From contig OY843592.1 of the NCBI GenBank assembly GCA_963692865.2, positions 3,712,001-3,776,000 of the forward strand: 64,000 nucleotides of DNA, read 5' to 3'. The notes beneath the pieces are model-generated. The model did no database searches, was not told the origin of the DNA, and was given only the letters and a program-made list of their open reading frames with translations. Below, one piece after another: positions 56,283 through 64,000 of the stretch (position 1 is the stretch's first letter; each line of letters starts with the position of its first letter). This DNA comes from a bacterium (lineage in GTDB: Bacteria > UBA8248). A program made the translations under genes and the position numbers.

Positions 56283-58210
56283 TTTTTCATCTCCAGATAC
56301 CACTCGCCCAAAGGCGTGATACTTAAATTCCCTGCATCTTCGCGCGCCAGGCCGCCGCGCAACGCCTCTTTTCTGACGCCCGCTGCGCGAACGGGCGCGC
56401 CGAAGCGGGCTTGGGCGTCTGTTTCCAGAAGCGCATCAACCGCCTGGGCGTCCATCTCACGCTCGCGCAAGGCTTCGAGCAAGCAGGCCTCCGCCCGCGC
56501 GCCGGGAGCGTCATGATCCTTCATGCGGTTTAGAATCTCGCGCAGCACCTCTTCTCCCACGGCGCAGAGTTTCTGTTCCCATTCGGCGGGGCCCCTCATC
56601 ACCACGCCCGTCCTGCTCTCGGTCCCTGAGTTCCTCACATAAACCGCGCCCAGCGGCCCGCCCGCATCGTCTTCCAGGGCGAGATACATGACGCCCGCGT
56701 CGTCCTCCAAAGGCGCAAAGCGCGGGGCGGCTACGCCTGAGAAGGCGCTCCTGGCACTCTCCATGAGTTTCTTGGCAATGGCCTCCCACGCCTCCGCGCC
56801 CGGCGCGAAGCGGCTCCGCTCCACGTGGTAGGCATAATAAGACCTCTTGAACCCGCGGGGAAACGGCGCGGCGACCGCCGCATACGCATCTTCGAGGTCC
56901 GCCTCCTTCAAAAGGCTCCGCAGCGCGGCGCAGGTGTTGAGAAAACACTTCAAGCCGTCTCCCGCGGCGAGCCTGCGCCCCTCGCCCGCCGCGTTCGCGA
57001 GCAGGCCCGGCGCGATAGTGTGGCCGGACTCCTCGCCCCCCAGGGCGAAGCGGTCCCCCCATTTGCGCGCCTCGTTCAATATCCACTTGTCCCCCACCGG
57101 GGTGAAGACGACCCGAAGCCCCGCCTCGTTCAGGGCCGCCGCCGCGCCCGAATCGCTCTCTATCGTGAGGGCGGCTACGCCCCCATCGGGCAGTTCGCCC
57201 TCCTGCTTCAGGAAGCGGGCCTGCAGGACGAGCGCGTCGTCCCCGTCCAGGACGTGAAGCGCGTCTTGATGCGGATTGTAGACGAGGGCGCAGCTCCTGT
57301 CGCCGTCGGCGTCCAGGACGCATGCCGCCGCCAGACCGTCGCCTCGCTTCAGTTCTTCGCGCCGCGCGCGGCCCGCCTCAAAAAGCGCCCGCGCGCCCGC
57401 GTGGACGTCGATGAAACCGGCGTCCGCGCCCTCGACCACGCGCCTGCCTTCGAGCGCGACCACGCCGCCGTTCTCGTTCACGCGGCCATCGCCCAGGGCG
57501 TTCACCTCCTGCACGCTCAATGGGCCAAGCTCCTCCAGAACCCCCGCGGCCAGCCCGCTCCAGGCCCCCGCCGCCGGGTCCACCACGAGGCTCCACCGGG
57601 CGAGGTCCCCCTCGCGCAGCCAGCAGTTGGGAAGTTTGGTAACGTAATCCAGGTAAAAGGCGCGCGCCTCGGCGGCCGCTTCCACGCCGCGGCCGCTCTC
57701 GGGCGTCTGCGCCACCGCGCTCCACTCGCTCGCCCGGACGCGGGCGCTGAGCGCCGCGTCCTCATCCGGCAGGGGCTTCATCGAATCGGGGGCCAAAAGG
57801 ATTTTCACGCCGTTCTGATCCGCCGGGTTATGAGAGGCGGTGAGCACCACCGCGCCCGCCGCGCCCACGCCCGCCAGATAGGCGGCCGCCACAGGCGCGG
57901 GCATCACCCCGAGCGAGAGTAGGTGCGCCCCCGCGCGCAGGAGGCCGTTCACGCAAGCGGCGGTTAATTCCCCGCCCACGTCCCGGGGGTCCCAGGCAAG
58001 CACGACCGCCGCGGGGGAGATGAGCTGCTCGGAGGCTCTCTCCAGAAGCCATCTACCGGCCTCGAAGGCGTAGTGTTCGACGAACCGGGGCGTGAGGACG
58101 CCATGCTCCACGAAAGCCGCGCGCGGGTCGCGGCCCGAAGCCTGCGGGTGATCCCCATCCACCGCGAGGCCGCGAACCCCGTCCGTTCCCTGAAACTTCG
58201 CGTCCGGCAT
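56279..58210 (-). CDS. glmM: Alpha-phosphohexomutase (GlmM-like)
   Basis: FQGTDGVRG, TASHNP, DADGDR, VGDKWI, GGEESGH, RNSGTE. Confidence 0.8.
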   Translation of the reverse strand: MPDAKFQGTDGVRGLAVDGDHPQASGRDPRAAFVEHGVLTPRFVEHYAFEAGRWLLERASEQLISPAAVVLAWDPRDVGGELTAACVNGLLRAGAHLLSLGVMPAPVAAAYLAGVGAAGAVVLTASHNPADQNGVKILLAPDSMKPLPDEDAALSARVRASEWSAVAQTPESGRGVEAAAEARAFYLDYVTKLPNCWLREGDLARWSLVVDPAAGAWSGLAAGVLEELGPLSVQEVNALGDGRVNENGGVVALEGRRVVEGADAGFIDVHAGARALFEAGRARREELKRGDGLAAACVLDADGDRSCALVYNPHQDALHVLDGDDALVLQARFLKQEGELPDGGVAALTIESDSGAAAALNEAGLRVVFTPVGDKWILNEARKWGDRFALGGEESGHTIAPGLLANAAGEGRRLAAGDGLKCFLNTCAALRSLLKEADLEDAYAAVAAPFPRGFKRSYYAYHVERSRFAPGAEAWEAIAKKLMESARSAFSGVAAPRFAPLEDDAGVMYLALEDDAGGPLGAVYVRNSGTESRTGVVMRGPAEWEQKLCAVGEEVLREILNRMKDHDAPGARAEACLLEALREREMDAQAVDALLETDAQARFGAPVRAAGVRKEALRGGLAREDAGNLSITPLGEWYLEMKK

Positions 58211-58227
58211 TGCGGGAGTCCGCGCCC

Positions 58228-60051
58228 TCAGGCGACGGTGACGGACTTCGCCAGCGCGCGCGGCCTGTCTACGTCGCGCTTCAAGGCCACGGCGAGGAAG
58301 TAGGCCAGCAACTGCCCGGAGACCAGATGCAGGAAGGGCGCCAGCAGGGGGGAGACCCTCGGCAGCACGATCTCCTCGCTGAACAGCCCTTCCACCACGT
58401 CGTCCCCTTCGAAGCGGTAGCCCAGGACGAAGCCGCCGCGCGCGCGAACCTCTTCCGCGCTGCTCCTGGTGAGCGCGTGGAGCTCGGCTTCTTCTGGCGT
58501 GGGCATGAGGACGATGGTGTGCATGTTCTCGTCGATGAGGGAGATGGTGCCGTGCTTGAGGAAGCCTGCGCTCATCCCCTCCGCGTGGAGGTAGGTGACT
58601 TCCTTCATCTTGAGCGCGCACTCCAGCGCGGCGGGATAATAGATGCCCCGGCCCAGGTAGAGCCAGTTCTTCATGTGCTGATGCGCCTGCGCCGCCGTGT
58701 GGAAAAAGCCCGAGCGTTCGTTGAGCGTCTCGAGCACGAGGTCGGACAAGGCGGCGACTTCTTCTCTCAGCGCCGCGACCTCCGACTCGCTCAAGCGCCC
58801 CGCGAGCAGGCCCAGCTCCATCGAGGCGAGCAGCAACACCACCGCCTGGCTCAGGGCCGTCTTGGTGCTGATGACGCACTTTTCGGGTCCCGCGCCCTGG
58901 AGGATCGGCACGTCCACCGAGCGGACGAGGGTGGAGCCCATCATGTTCACGATGCCCGCCGTCCTGGCGCCGCTTGCTTTCGCATGGCGCAGGGCGCTCA
59001 GGGTGTCGTAGGTCTCCCCCGACTGGCTGATGGCGCAAAAGCCGTCCTCGGGCCCGATTTCCGCGATGTGGGCGAACTCGTCCGTGCTGACGACGGGCAG
59101 ATATCTCCCCCCCAGGCGGCTGAAGAAATACTGCCCCATCGAAGCGATGTAATACGTCGTCCCCACGCCGCCCAGGAAGCATTGCCGCGATTCGTGGATC
59201 ATCCCGGCCAGGGCCTGGATATCCTCCAGGGGAATCTGGAGGGCGGCCTGGACGGTGGTGGGCTGATCGTAAATCTCCTTGAGCATGAAATGGGGATAGC
59301 CGCCCCGGCGCGCCTTCTCCGCGTCCCACTCGATCTCGGTGACTTCCTTGTCGACGCGCTCTCTGGTGAGCAGGCTCTTGACCGCGTGACTCTCCGGCGT
59401 GATGAGGGCGTATTCGCCGTCTTCCATGATGATCGCCCGGCGGGTGTACTCGAAGAACGCGCTGAAATCCGACCCCACGTAGTTGGCGTCGTCCCCAAGG
59501 CCGATGATGAGGGGCGATTCACGCTTCACGCAGAAAATCCGGCCCGGCGCGTCCACCGAGATGACGGCAAGCGCGAAGGTGCCCTCCAACTCGTCGATGG
59601 CCTCGACGAAACCCTCCTCCACGTCCCGGCCGTTGCGCGCGATTTTCTGCGCCACCAGATGCGCGATGACCTCGGAATCCGTCTCGGAGCGGAACGCGGC
59701 GCCGTCGCGCGCGAGCCTCTCCCTGAGTTCCTTGTAGTTCGAGATGATGCCGTTGTGGACCACGGCCAGGCGGCTCTCGTTGTCCGCGTGGGGGTGCGCG
59801 TTCGCCCGCGTCACCCCGCCGTGCGTCGCCCAGCGCGTGTGCGCGATGCCGACCAGGCCCTTCATGTCCGTGAAGCGTTCGAGAGAATTCACCGCCTCCA
59901 CGGTGCCCACGTTCTTGCGGATGTCTATCGCGCCGTTTCTCTGAACGGCCATGCCGCAGGAGTCGTACCCCCGGTATTCCAGGGCGGCGATGGAGCGCAG
60001 GAGTTTTTGCGAGACGTTCGCGCTCGCCGCCATGCCCGCGATGCCGCACAT
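58228..60051 (-). CDS. glmS: Glutamine--fructose-6-phosphate aminotransferase
   Basis: MCGI, LEYRGYDS, HTRWATHG, VHNG, SQSGET, ALKMKE, KHG, PRALAKSVTV. Confidence 0.95.
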   Translation of the reverse strand: MCGIAGMAASANVSQKLLRSIAALEYRGYDSCGMAVQRNGAIDIRKNVGTVEAVNSLERFTDMKGLVGIAHTRWATHGGVTRANAHPHADNESRLAVVHNGIISNYKELRERLARDGAAFRSETDSEVIAHLVAQKIARNGRDVEEGFVEAIDELEGTFALAVISVDAPGRIFCVKRESPLIIGLGDDANYVGSDFSAFFEYTRRAIIMEDGEYALITPESHAVKSLLTRERVDKEVTEIEWDAEKARRGGYPHFMLKEIYDQPTTVQAALQIPLEDIQALAGMIHESRQCFLGGVGTTYYIASMGQYFFSRLGGRYLPVVSTDEFAHIAEIGPEDGFCAISQSGETYDTLSALRHAKASGARTAGIVNMMGSTLVRSVDVPILQGAGPEKCVISTKTALSQAVVLLLASMELGLLAGRLSESEVAALREEVAALSDLVLETLNERSGFFHTAAQAHQHMKNWLYLGRGIYYPAALECALKMKEVTYLHAEGMSAGFLKHGTISLIDENMHTIVLMPTPEEAELHALTRSSAEEVRARGGFVLGYRFEGDDVVEGLFSEEIVLPRVSPLLAPFLHLVSGQLLAYFLAVALKRDVDRPRALAKSVTVA

Positions 60052-60128
60052 TTTAATACGCTCTCCGTTGACGGGCGCAGTCCGAAAATTTCCGTGAAAC
60101 ACCCGAGTCCGCCACGACGCGGCTCATG

Positions 60129-61334
60129 TCAGTTCCTTCCCCTCGGATAGGTGTAATGGTGCGGGATGACTTCACCGGGCGGGACGACGGTTCCCGAGGC
60201 CAGCGTATTCGCGGCGCCTACCTTCACGCCGTCGCCCAGGAAGGAACCCACCTTGTCGAGACCCGAATCGACCTCTCCCTCCGGCATGCGCACCACGACG
60301 GGGGCCGGGTCCAGATCCTGGGTCAGCGTTATCGTCCCCGAACCCACCACGGCGTCCTCGCCGATGACGCTGTCGCCCACGAAGGAGAGTCGCCCCACGC
60401 GAACGCCGTTGAACAGGATGCAGTTCTTGAGCTCCACGCCGAAGCCGATGGTCGCGTTCGCGCCGACCGACGTATACGGGCGCACCAGAACCCCGTTTCC
60501 CAGAAACGTGTTCTCCCCGATGAAGCACGGCCCGAAGATGGAGGCGCCCGACTCGATCACCACGTTTTTCTCGATCACCACCGGCCCGCGAAACTGCACC
60601 GCGCCCCGAAGGCGCACGCTGCCGTCCACGCGGGCCTCGCTCCAGGCGTCCATGACCATGCGGTTGCCCTTGAGCAGATCCCAGGGATGCTGGGCGTCCA
60701 GCCAGGGCTCCTCCCAGATCGAGGAGCGCAGCCCCTCGCCCGCGCACAATTCGTTGAGCGCCTCGTCCATCTCGAGGCTCTCCAGCAAATCGAACAGCCG
60801 GTAGGGCATCACGAACACGCCGGCCAGCACGTAATTGCCCACCTCGCGCTCCACGGGCTTCTCCACCAGGCGCTCAATCTGCATGTCCTTGCCGAGATAG
60901 ACGGTGCCGTAGTTCTGGGCGTGGGGGGTATGGCAGATCGCCGCCACGGGCCGTTGAAACGTACCGAACGCCTGCACGACCTGGCGGTACATGTTCTCGG
61001 ACGCCAGCACGTCCGCATAGACCAGCAGGAACGACTCGTCCTCCTGAAAATGCCCTTTCGCGAGACGGACGGCCTCGCGGATTCCCGCGGGCTCGTCCTG
61101 GCGAATGTACTGAATCGTCATCCCGTAGCGCGAACCCTGCCCGAATTCGTTGACGATCCTCTCGGCGCGGTGGCCGACGACGACGACGAGGTCGCTCACG
61201 CCGGCGGCGCGTATTTTCTTGAGCGCCGAATGCAGGAGCATCTCGCCCGCCATCGGCAGCATCGCCTTGGGCCGGGTGTTCGTGAACGGATACAGACCGG
61301 CCCCGCGGCCGGCCGCCAGAATCAACGCTCTCAC
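60129..61334 (-). CDS. Sugar-1-phosphate nucleotidyltransferase plus hexapeptide domain (archaeal-type GlmU-like)
   Basis: ILAAGRG..LYPFT.TRPKAMLP, VEKP, PWDLL, LβH repeats, LSFVGDSVIG. Confidence 0.82.
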   Translation of the reverse strand: MRALILAAGRGAGLYPFTNTRPKAMLPMAGEMLLHSALKKIRAAGVSDLVVVVGHRAERIVNEFGQGSRYGMTIQYIRQDEPAGIREAVRLAKGHFQEDESFLLVYADVLASENMYRQVVQAFGTFQRPVAAICHTPHAQNYGTVYLGKDMQIERLVEKPVEREVGNYVLAGVFVMPYRLFDLLESLEMDEALNELCAGEGLRSSIWEEPWLDAQHPWDLLKGNRMVMDAWSEARVDGSVRLRGAVQFRGPVVIEKNVVIESGASIFGPCFIGENTFLGNGVLVRPYTSVGANATIGFGVELKNCILFNGVRVGRLSFVGDSVIGEDAVVGSGTITLTQDLDPAPVVVRMPEGEVDSGLDKVGSFLGDGVKVGAANTLASGTVVPPGEVIPHHYTYPRGRN

Positions 61335-61441
61335 GGGACGCCTTCCTGAAATTCGCTCAAAATAGCCTCGAAACGGGCGTTTTCTTTCGCTTTTTCTATC
61401 TCGCGCGGGAAATTATAGCAAATCGAGCGGCTCCATGCGCA

Positions 61442-62203
61442 TCAGCTCTTGAGTTCGCGCTTCTCATGGATTTTCTGCGCCCGGCGCAGATCCGCTTTCG
61501 TGTTCACGCCCAGCGCCTCTTCCGCCGGAGCCAGAGAGACGCCGAGAATCGCGCGGCCCTCGGCGCGCGCGATGGGGAAAACGTCGGGCAGATAGAACTC
61601 CCCCTGGTTGTTCTCGGGCTTTATCCTCGGCAGGGCGGCTCGCAGGAAAGCGGCCTCGAAGGCGTAGGCGCCCGTGTTGATCTCGGGGATCTCTTTCTGC
61701 GCGTCCGTCGCGTCCGCTTCCTCGACCACCCCGATGAGTTCGGCTCCATCCCGCAGCACGCGGCCATAGCCGCGCGGCGCATCGACCACCGCCGTGAGCA
61801 TGGTGGCCGCCGCGCGCGATTCGCGATGGAGACGGCTCAAGCTTCTTAAGGTTGAAGTCCGTATCAAGGGCGCATCGCCGCACAGGAGATACAGATGTTT
61901 CGCCTCGGCGGGCAGAGCGGACAAGCCCACCTCGGCGGCATGGCCGGTGCCGAGTTGCTCCTCCTGAACGGCGAAGACGACATCCGCATCATCACCCGAA
62001 AACGCCTCCTGGACGTCGCGGGCCTGGTGGCCCACGACGATGACGACGGGCCGGGCGCCCGCCTCTCTCGCGGCGGCCGCGACGCGGCGGATCATGGGTT
62101 TCCCGCCGACGGGATGCAGCACCTTCGCCAGCGGGGATTCCATGCGCTTCCCCTCGCCCGCCGCGAGGATGACCGCGGCGAACCCATCGCCTCGATGCGC
62201 CAA
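61442..62203 (-). CDS. glmU: GlmU N-terminal uridyltransferase domain only
   Basis: ILAAGEGKRM.S..AKVLH, QLGTGHA, GDAPLI, GYGRV, EINTG, NNQGEFYLPD, GVN; stops before the LβH domain. Confidence 0.8.
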   Translation of the reverse strand: MAHRGDGFAAVILAAGEGKRMESPLAKVLHPVGGKPMIRRVAAAAREAGARPVVIVVGHQARDVQEAFSGDDADVVFAVQEEQLGTGHAAEVGLSALPAEAKHLYLLCGDAPLIRTSTLRSLSRLHRESRAAATMLTAVVDAPRGYGRVLRDGAELIGVVEEADATDAQKEIPEINTGAYAFEAAFLRAALPRIKPENNQGEFYLPDVFPIARAEGRAILGVSLAPAEEALGVNTKADLRRAQKIHEKRELKS

Positions 62204-62207
62204 AAAT

Positions 62208-63596
62208 TTATCTCCGCCGGGAGGAGGAAGGCTTGGTGAGTCCGAATTCCAGGAGTTTTCTTCTCAGCGTGTTGCGGTTCATGCCCAACAGTCGCGCCGC
62301 CTGCACCTGGTTCCCGCCCGCTTCGCGGAGCACCAGTTCGAGCAGGGGTTTCTCGACGCTGCGTATGGTGTGCTCGTAGAAGTCGCTGCTCCCCCCGTCG
62401 CCCAGGGCGGTGACCACCGAGGAGAGCCTTTCGCGGAAAAAGCCCTCGATGTCGTTGCTTCTCTTTCTCTGGGGAGAGGGGCTCAAGTCATCGAGCGAAA
62501 TCGAGTTGCCCTCGCTCACGAGGAAGGCGCGGCACACGGCCATTTCGAGTTCGGATTCATTCCCCCACCACTTCTGCGCACAGAACCAATCCATCGCCGC
62601 CGGCGTGATCCGCCTCCTCGGCTGACCGATGCGGCTCGAGAATTCATCCAGAATCCCCTCGGCCACGAGCGAAATGTCCTTTTTCCTCTCGCGCAGCGGA
62701 GGAATCTTGATGAAACAAGTCGTCTCTTTGCGATACAGACGCTTGAGAATCGTGTCCTGTATCAGCCTTTCGGGATCGTTCATGCACCCGAATATCACGC
62801 GAAACTCCTGGGGGAGGCTTTTTTTCCTCAAAACCCCGGCCAACGCCTTCTGGTGGTCCCTGCCGATGAGCTGGGCGTCCTCGATGAAGAGCGTACCACC
62901 TTTTTCGACGATGTCCCCCTCTTCGCCGCGCTTCTCTTCCATGCGCTTGATGGCCTTCTCCAGCGTCGAGGCGCGCCTCATTTTCGGCCCCCAGTGCAGA
63001 AACGGGTGCCGCGTCCCCGGATGCAGGGCATGCAGCGCGCGGGCGACGATCATGAAATTCAGCCCCTTCTCCCCCTCCAGGACAACCGTCCCGTACTTGG
63101 GGCCCGCTCGCTGAATCGAGCGCCTGAGCCTCTCGGCCGCCGCGCTCGTTCCCTCGAACCGCCATCCGCCTTGCTCTTCGCGCGCATCGGTGCGAAGCCA
63201 CCTGATCTCCCGGCGCAGATAACCCTCCTCGCTCAACACCCGTGAGAACTGGAACACTTCCTCGGGATGCACCTCGTCCACGAAAACGGCCCGCGCCCCC
63301 GCCTGGATGCTCGAGGGCGTGATGCCCTTGTCCTCGGGGCGCAGAACCGCGGCGAAAGGCTTGCCCGTCTCCGCGATTCTTCGCATCGGAGCCGCCTCTG
63401 CGGGGTCGGATGCTCCGTAAAGAATGAAATCGCACCAGTTCATGCGGGCGCGCGCTTTATGGGGGGTATCGAAATACAGCGTCTCCATGCCGATGTTCCG
63501 CAAGCCGCCGAGCAAACCCTCTCTTTCCGGCGTGAGGCGGCCTACGAAGAGCGCCTTGGCGCGAGTCGCGTCCTTGTCGATCAAGTTCACCGTCAC
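62208..63596 (-). CDS. Degenerate NtrC-like regulator (REC-like, AAA+, Fis HTH)
   Basis: GGTLFIED, IPPLRERKKDI, WWGNESELE, GGNQVQAARLLGMNRNTLRRKL. Walker A is degenerate and GAFTGA is absent. Confidence 0.8.
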   Translation of the reverse strand: MTVNLIDKDATRAKALFVGRLTPEREGLLGGLRNIGMETLYFDTPHKARARMNWCDFILYGASDPAEAAPMRRIAETGKPFAAVLRPEDKGITPSSIQAGARAVFVDEVHPEEVFQFSRVLSEEGYLRREIRWLRTDAREEQGGWRFEGTSAAAERLRRSIQRAGPKYGTVVLEGEKGLNFMIVARALHALHPGTRHPFLHWGPKMRRASTLEKAIKRMEEKRGEEGDIVEKGGTLFIEDAQLIGRDHQKALAGVLRKKSLPQEFRVIFGCMNDPERLIQDTILKRLYRKETTCFIKIPPLRERKKDISLVAEGILDEFSSRIGQPRRRITPAAMDWFCAQKWWGNESELEMAVCRAFLVSEGNSISLDDLSPSPQRKRSNDIEGFFRERLSSVVTALGDGGSSDFYEHTIRSVEKPLLELVLREAGGNQVQAARLLGMNRNTLRRKLLEFGLTKPSSSRRR

Positions 63597-63602
63597 ATGC
63601 CC

Positions 63603-63914
63603 TCAAGACACCCGAAAAACCGGCCCGGTATCCGAAAGGCCGGAAAAAACCACCTTGTCGCCGATCGACGGCTCACTTTCATCATCATCCGCCAGGCGGG
63701 CGAGAATCCGCCCCCCCTCTTCCAGTTCAACCAACGCGAGCAGATAAGGCGTCGGCATCCCCCGGGCTCCCATGTGAACCGATGAGAAGCTGTAGACGAC
63801 TCCCCGCCCGGAGGCCGGCCGCTCCTCCGTCTCGGCGCCGCAATGCCCGCAGCGCTCCGAGTTTTCGAGGTAAATCCGCCCGCATCCGGCGCAAACGAAG
63901 GTCTCCATGAGCAA
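63603..63914 (-). CDS. Zn-ribbon OB-fold protein (DUF35)
   Basis: CAGCG...CGHCG, GRGVVYSFS, PYLLALVELEEG, IGDKV. Confidence 0.85.
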   Translation of the reverse strand: MLMETFVCAGCGRIYLENSERCGHCGAETEERPASGRGVVYSFSSVHMGARGMPTPYLLALVELEEGGRILARLADDDESEPSIGDKVVFSGLSDTGPVFRVS

Positions 63915-63953
63915 TCATCCATCCTTCTGCGCGCTCAGACGGTCGACCTCCGT

Positions 63954-64000
63954 TCAGGAGGTCGACCCCAGGATGTGCACCGCGCACGTGGCCCCGGAGC
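63954..64000 (-). CDS. Probable thiolase C-terminus (partial)
   Basis: Reads ...SGATCAVHILGSTS* directly upstream of a DUF35 gene, the usual thiolase-DUF35 pairing. Confidence 0.5.
   Translation of the reverse strand, partial: SGATCAVHILGSTS

Noticed and set aside
60052-60128. glmS ribozyme
   Set aside because: The intergenic region is only 77 bp and lacks the conserved core.

Overview
A GC-rich bacterial window, mostly on the minus strand. From left to right: (1) 1-7.4 kb, a surface-glycan/nonulosonic-acid cluster beside tRNA-Glu, with an ABC exporter, a GT2-NeuA fusion, a NeuA-NeuB fusion, an unexpected LarA-family racemase and a LIC12162-like transferase. (2) A DMT transporter, an M20 amidohydrolase and an acyl-CoA ligase. 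(3) An operon of a large secreted di-heme bCcP/MauG-family cytochrome plus PhnD/C/E-family ABC genes, behind a DtxR/MntR-like palindrome. (4) amtB-glnK and small metabolic genes, including a UGA-containing SelW/Rdx selenoprotein that the ORF track truncates. (5) An HMGS-like/DUF35 and thiolase pair, GTAG-REP and MITE repeats, an LLM oxidoreductase and a TctABC transporter. (6) A lower-GC islet with a decayed tyrosine integrase and a 1230-aa nuclease-STAND NTPase, a candidate defence protein. (7) Amidohydrolases, a MetE-like protein, a Phd/RelE toxin-antitoxin pair and a frameshifted OLD-like ATPase. (8) Cassettes stacked at the 3' end of an aceE-like gene, bounded by displaced copies of that gene's tail and containing structured leader RNAs. 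(9) Core genes: late futalosine-pathway menaquinone genes, gatC, pcrA/uvrD, and a glmM-glmS cluster with three GlmU-related genes. All product calls come from motif recognition only; no database search was run.
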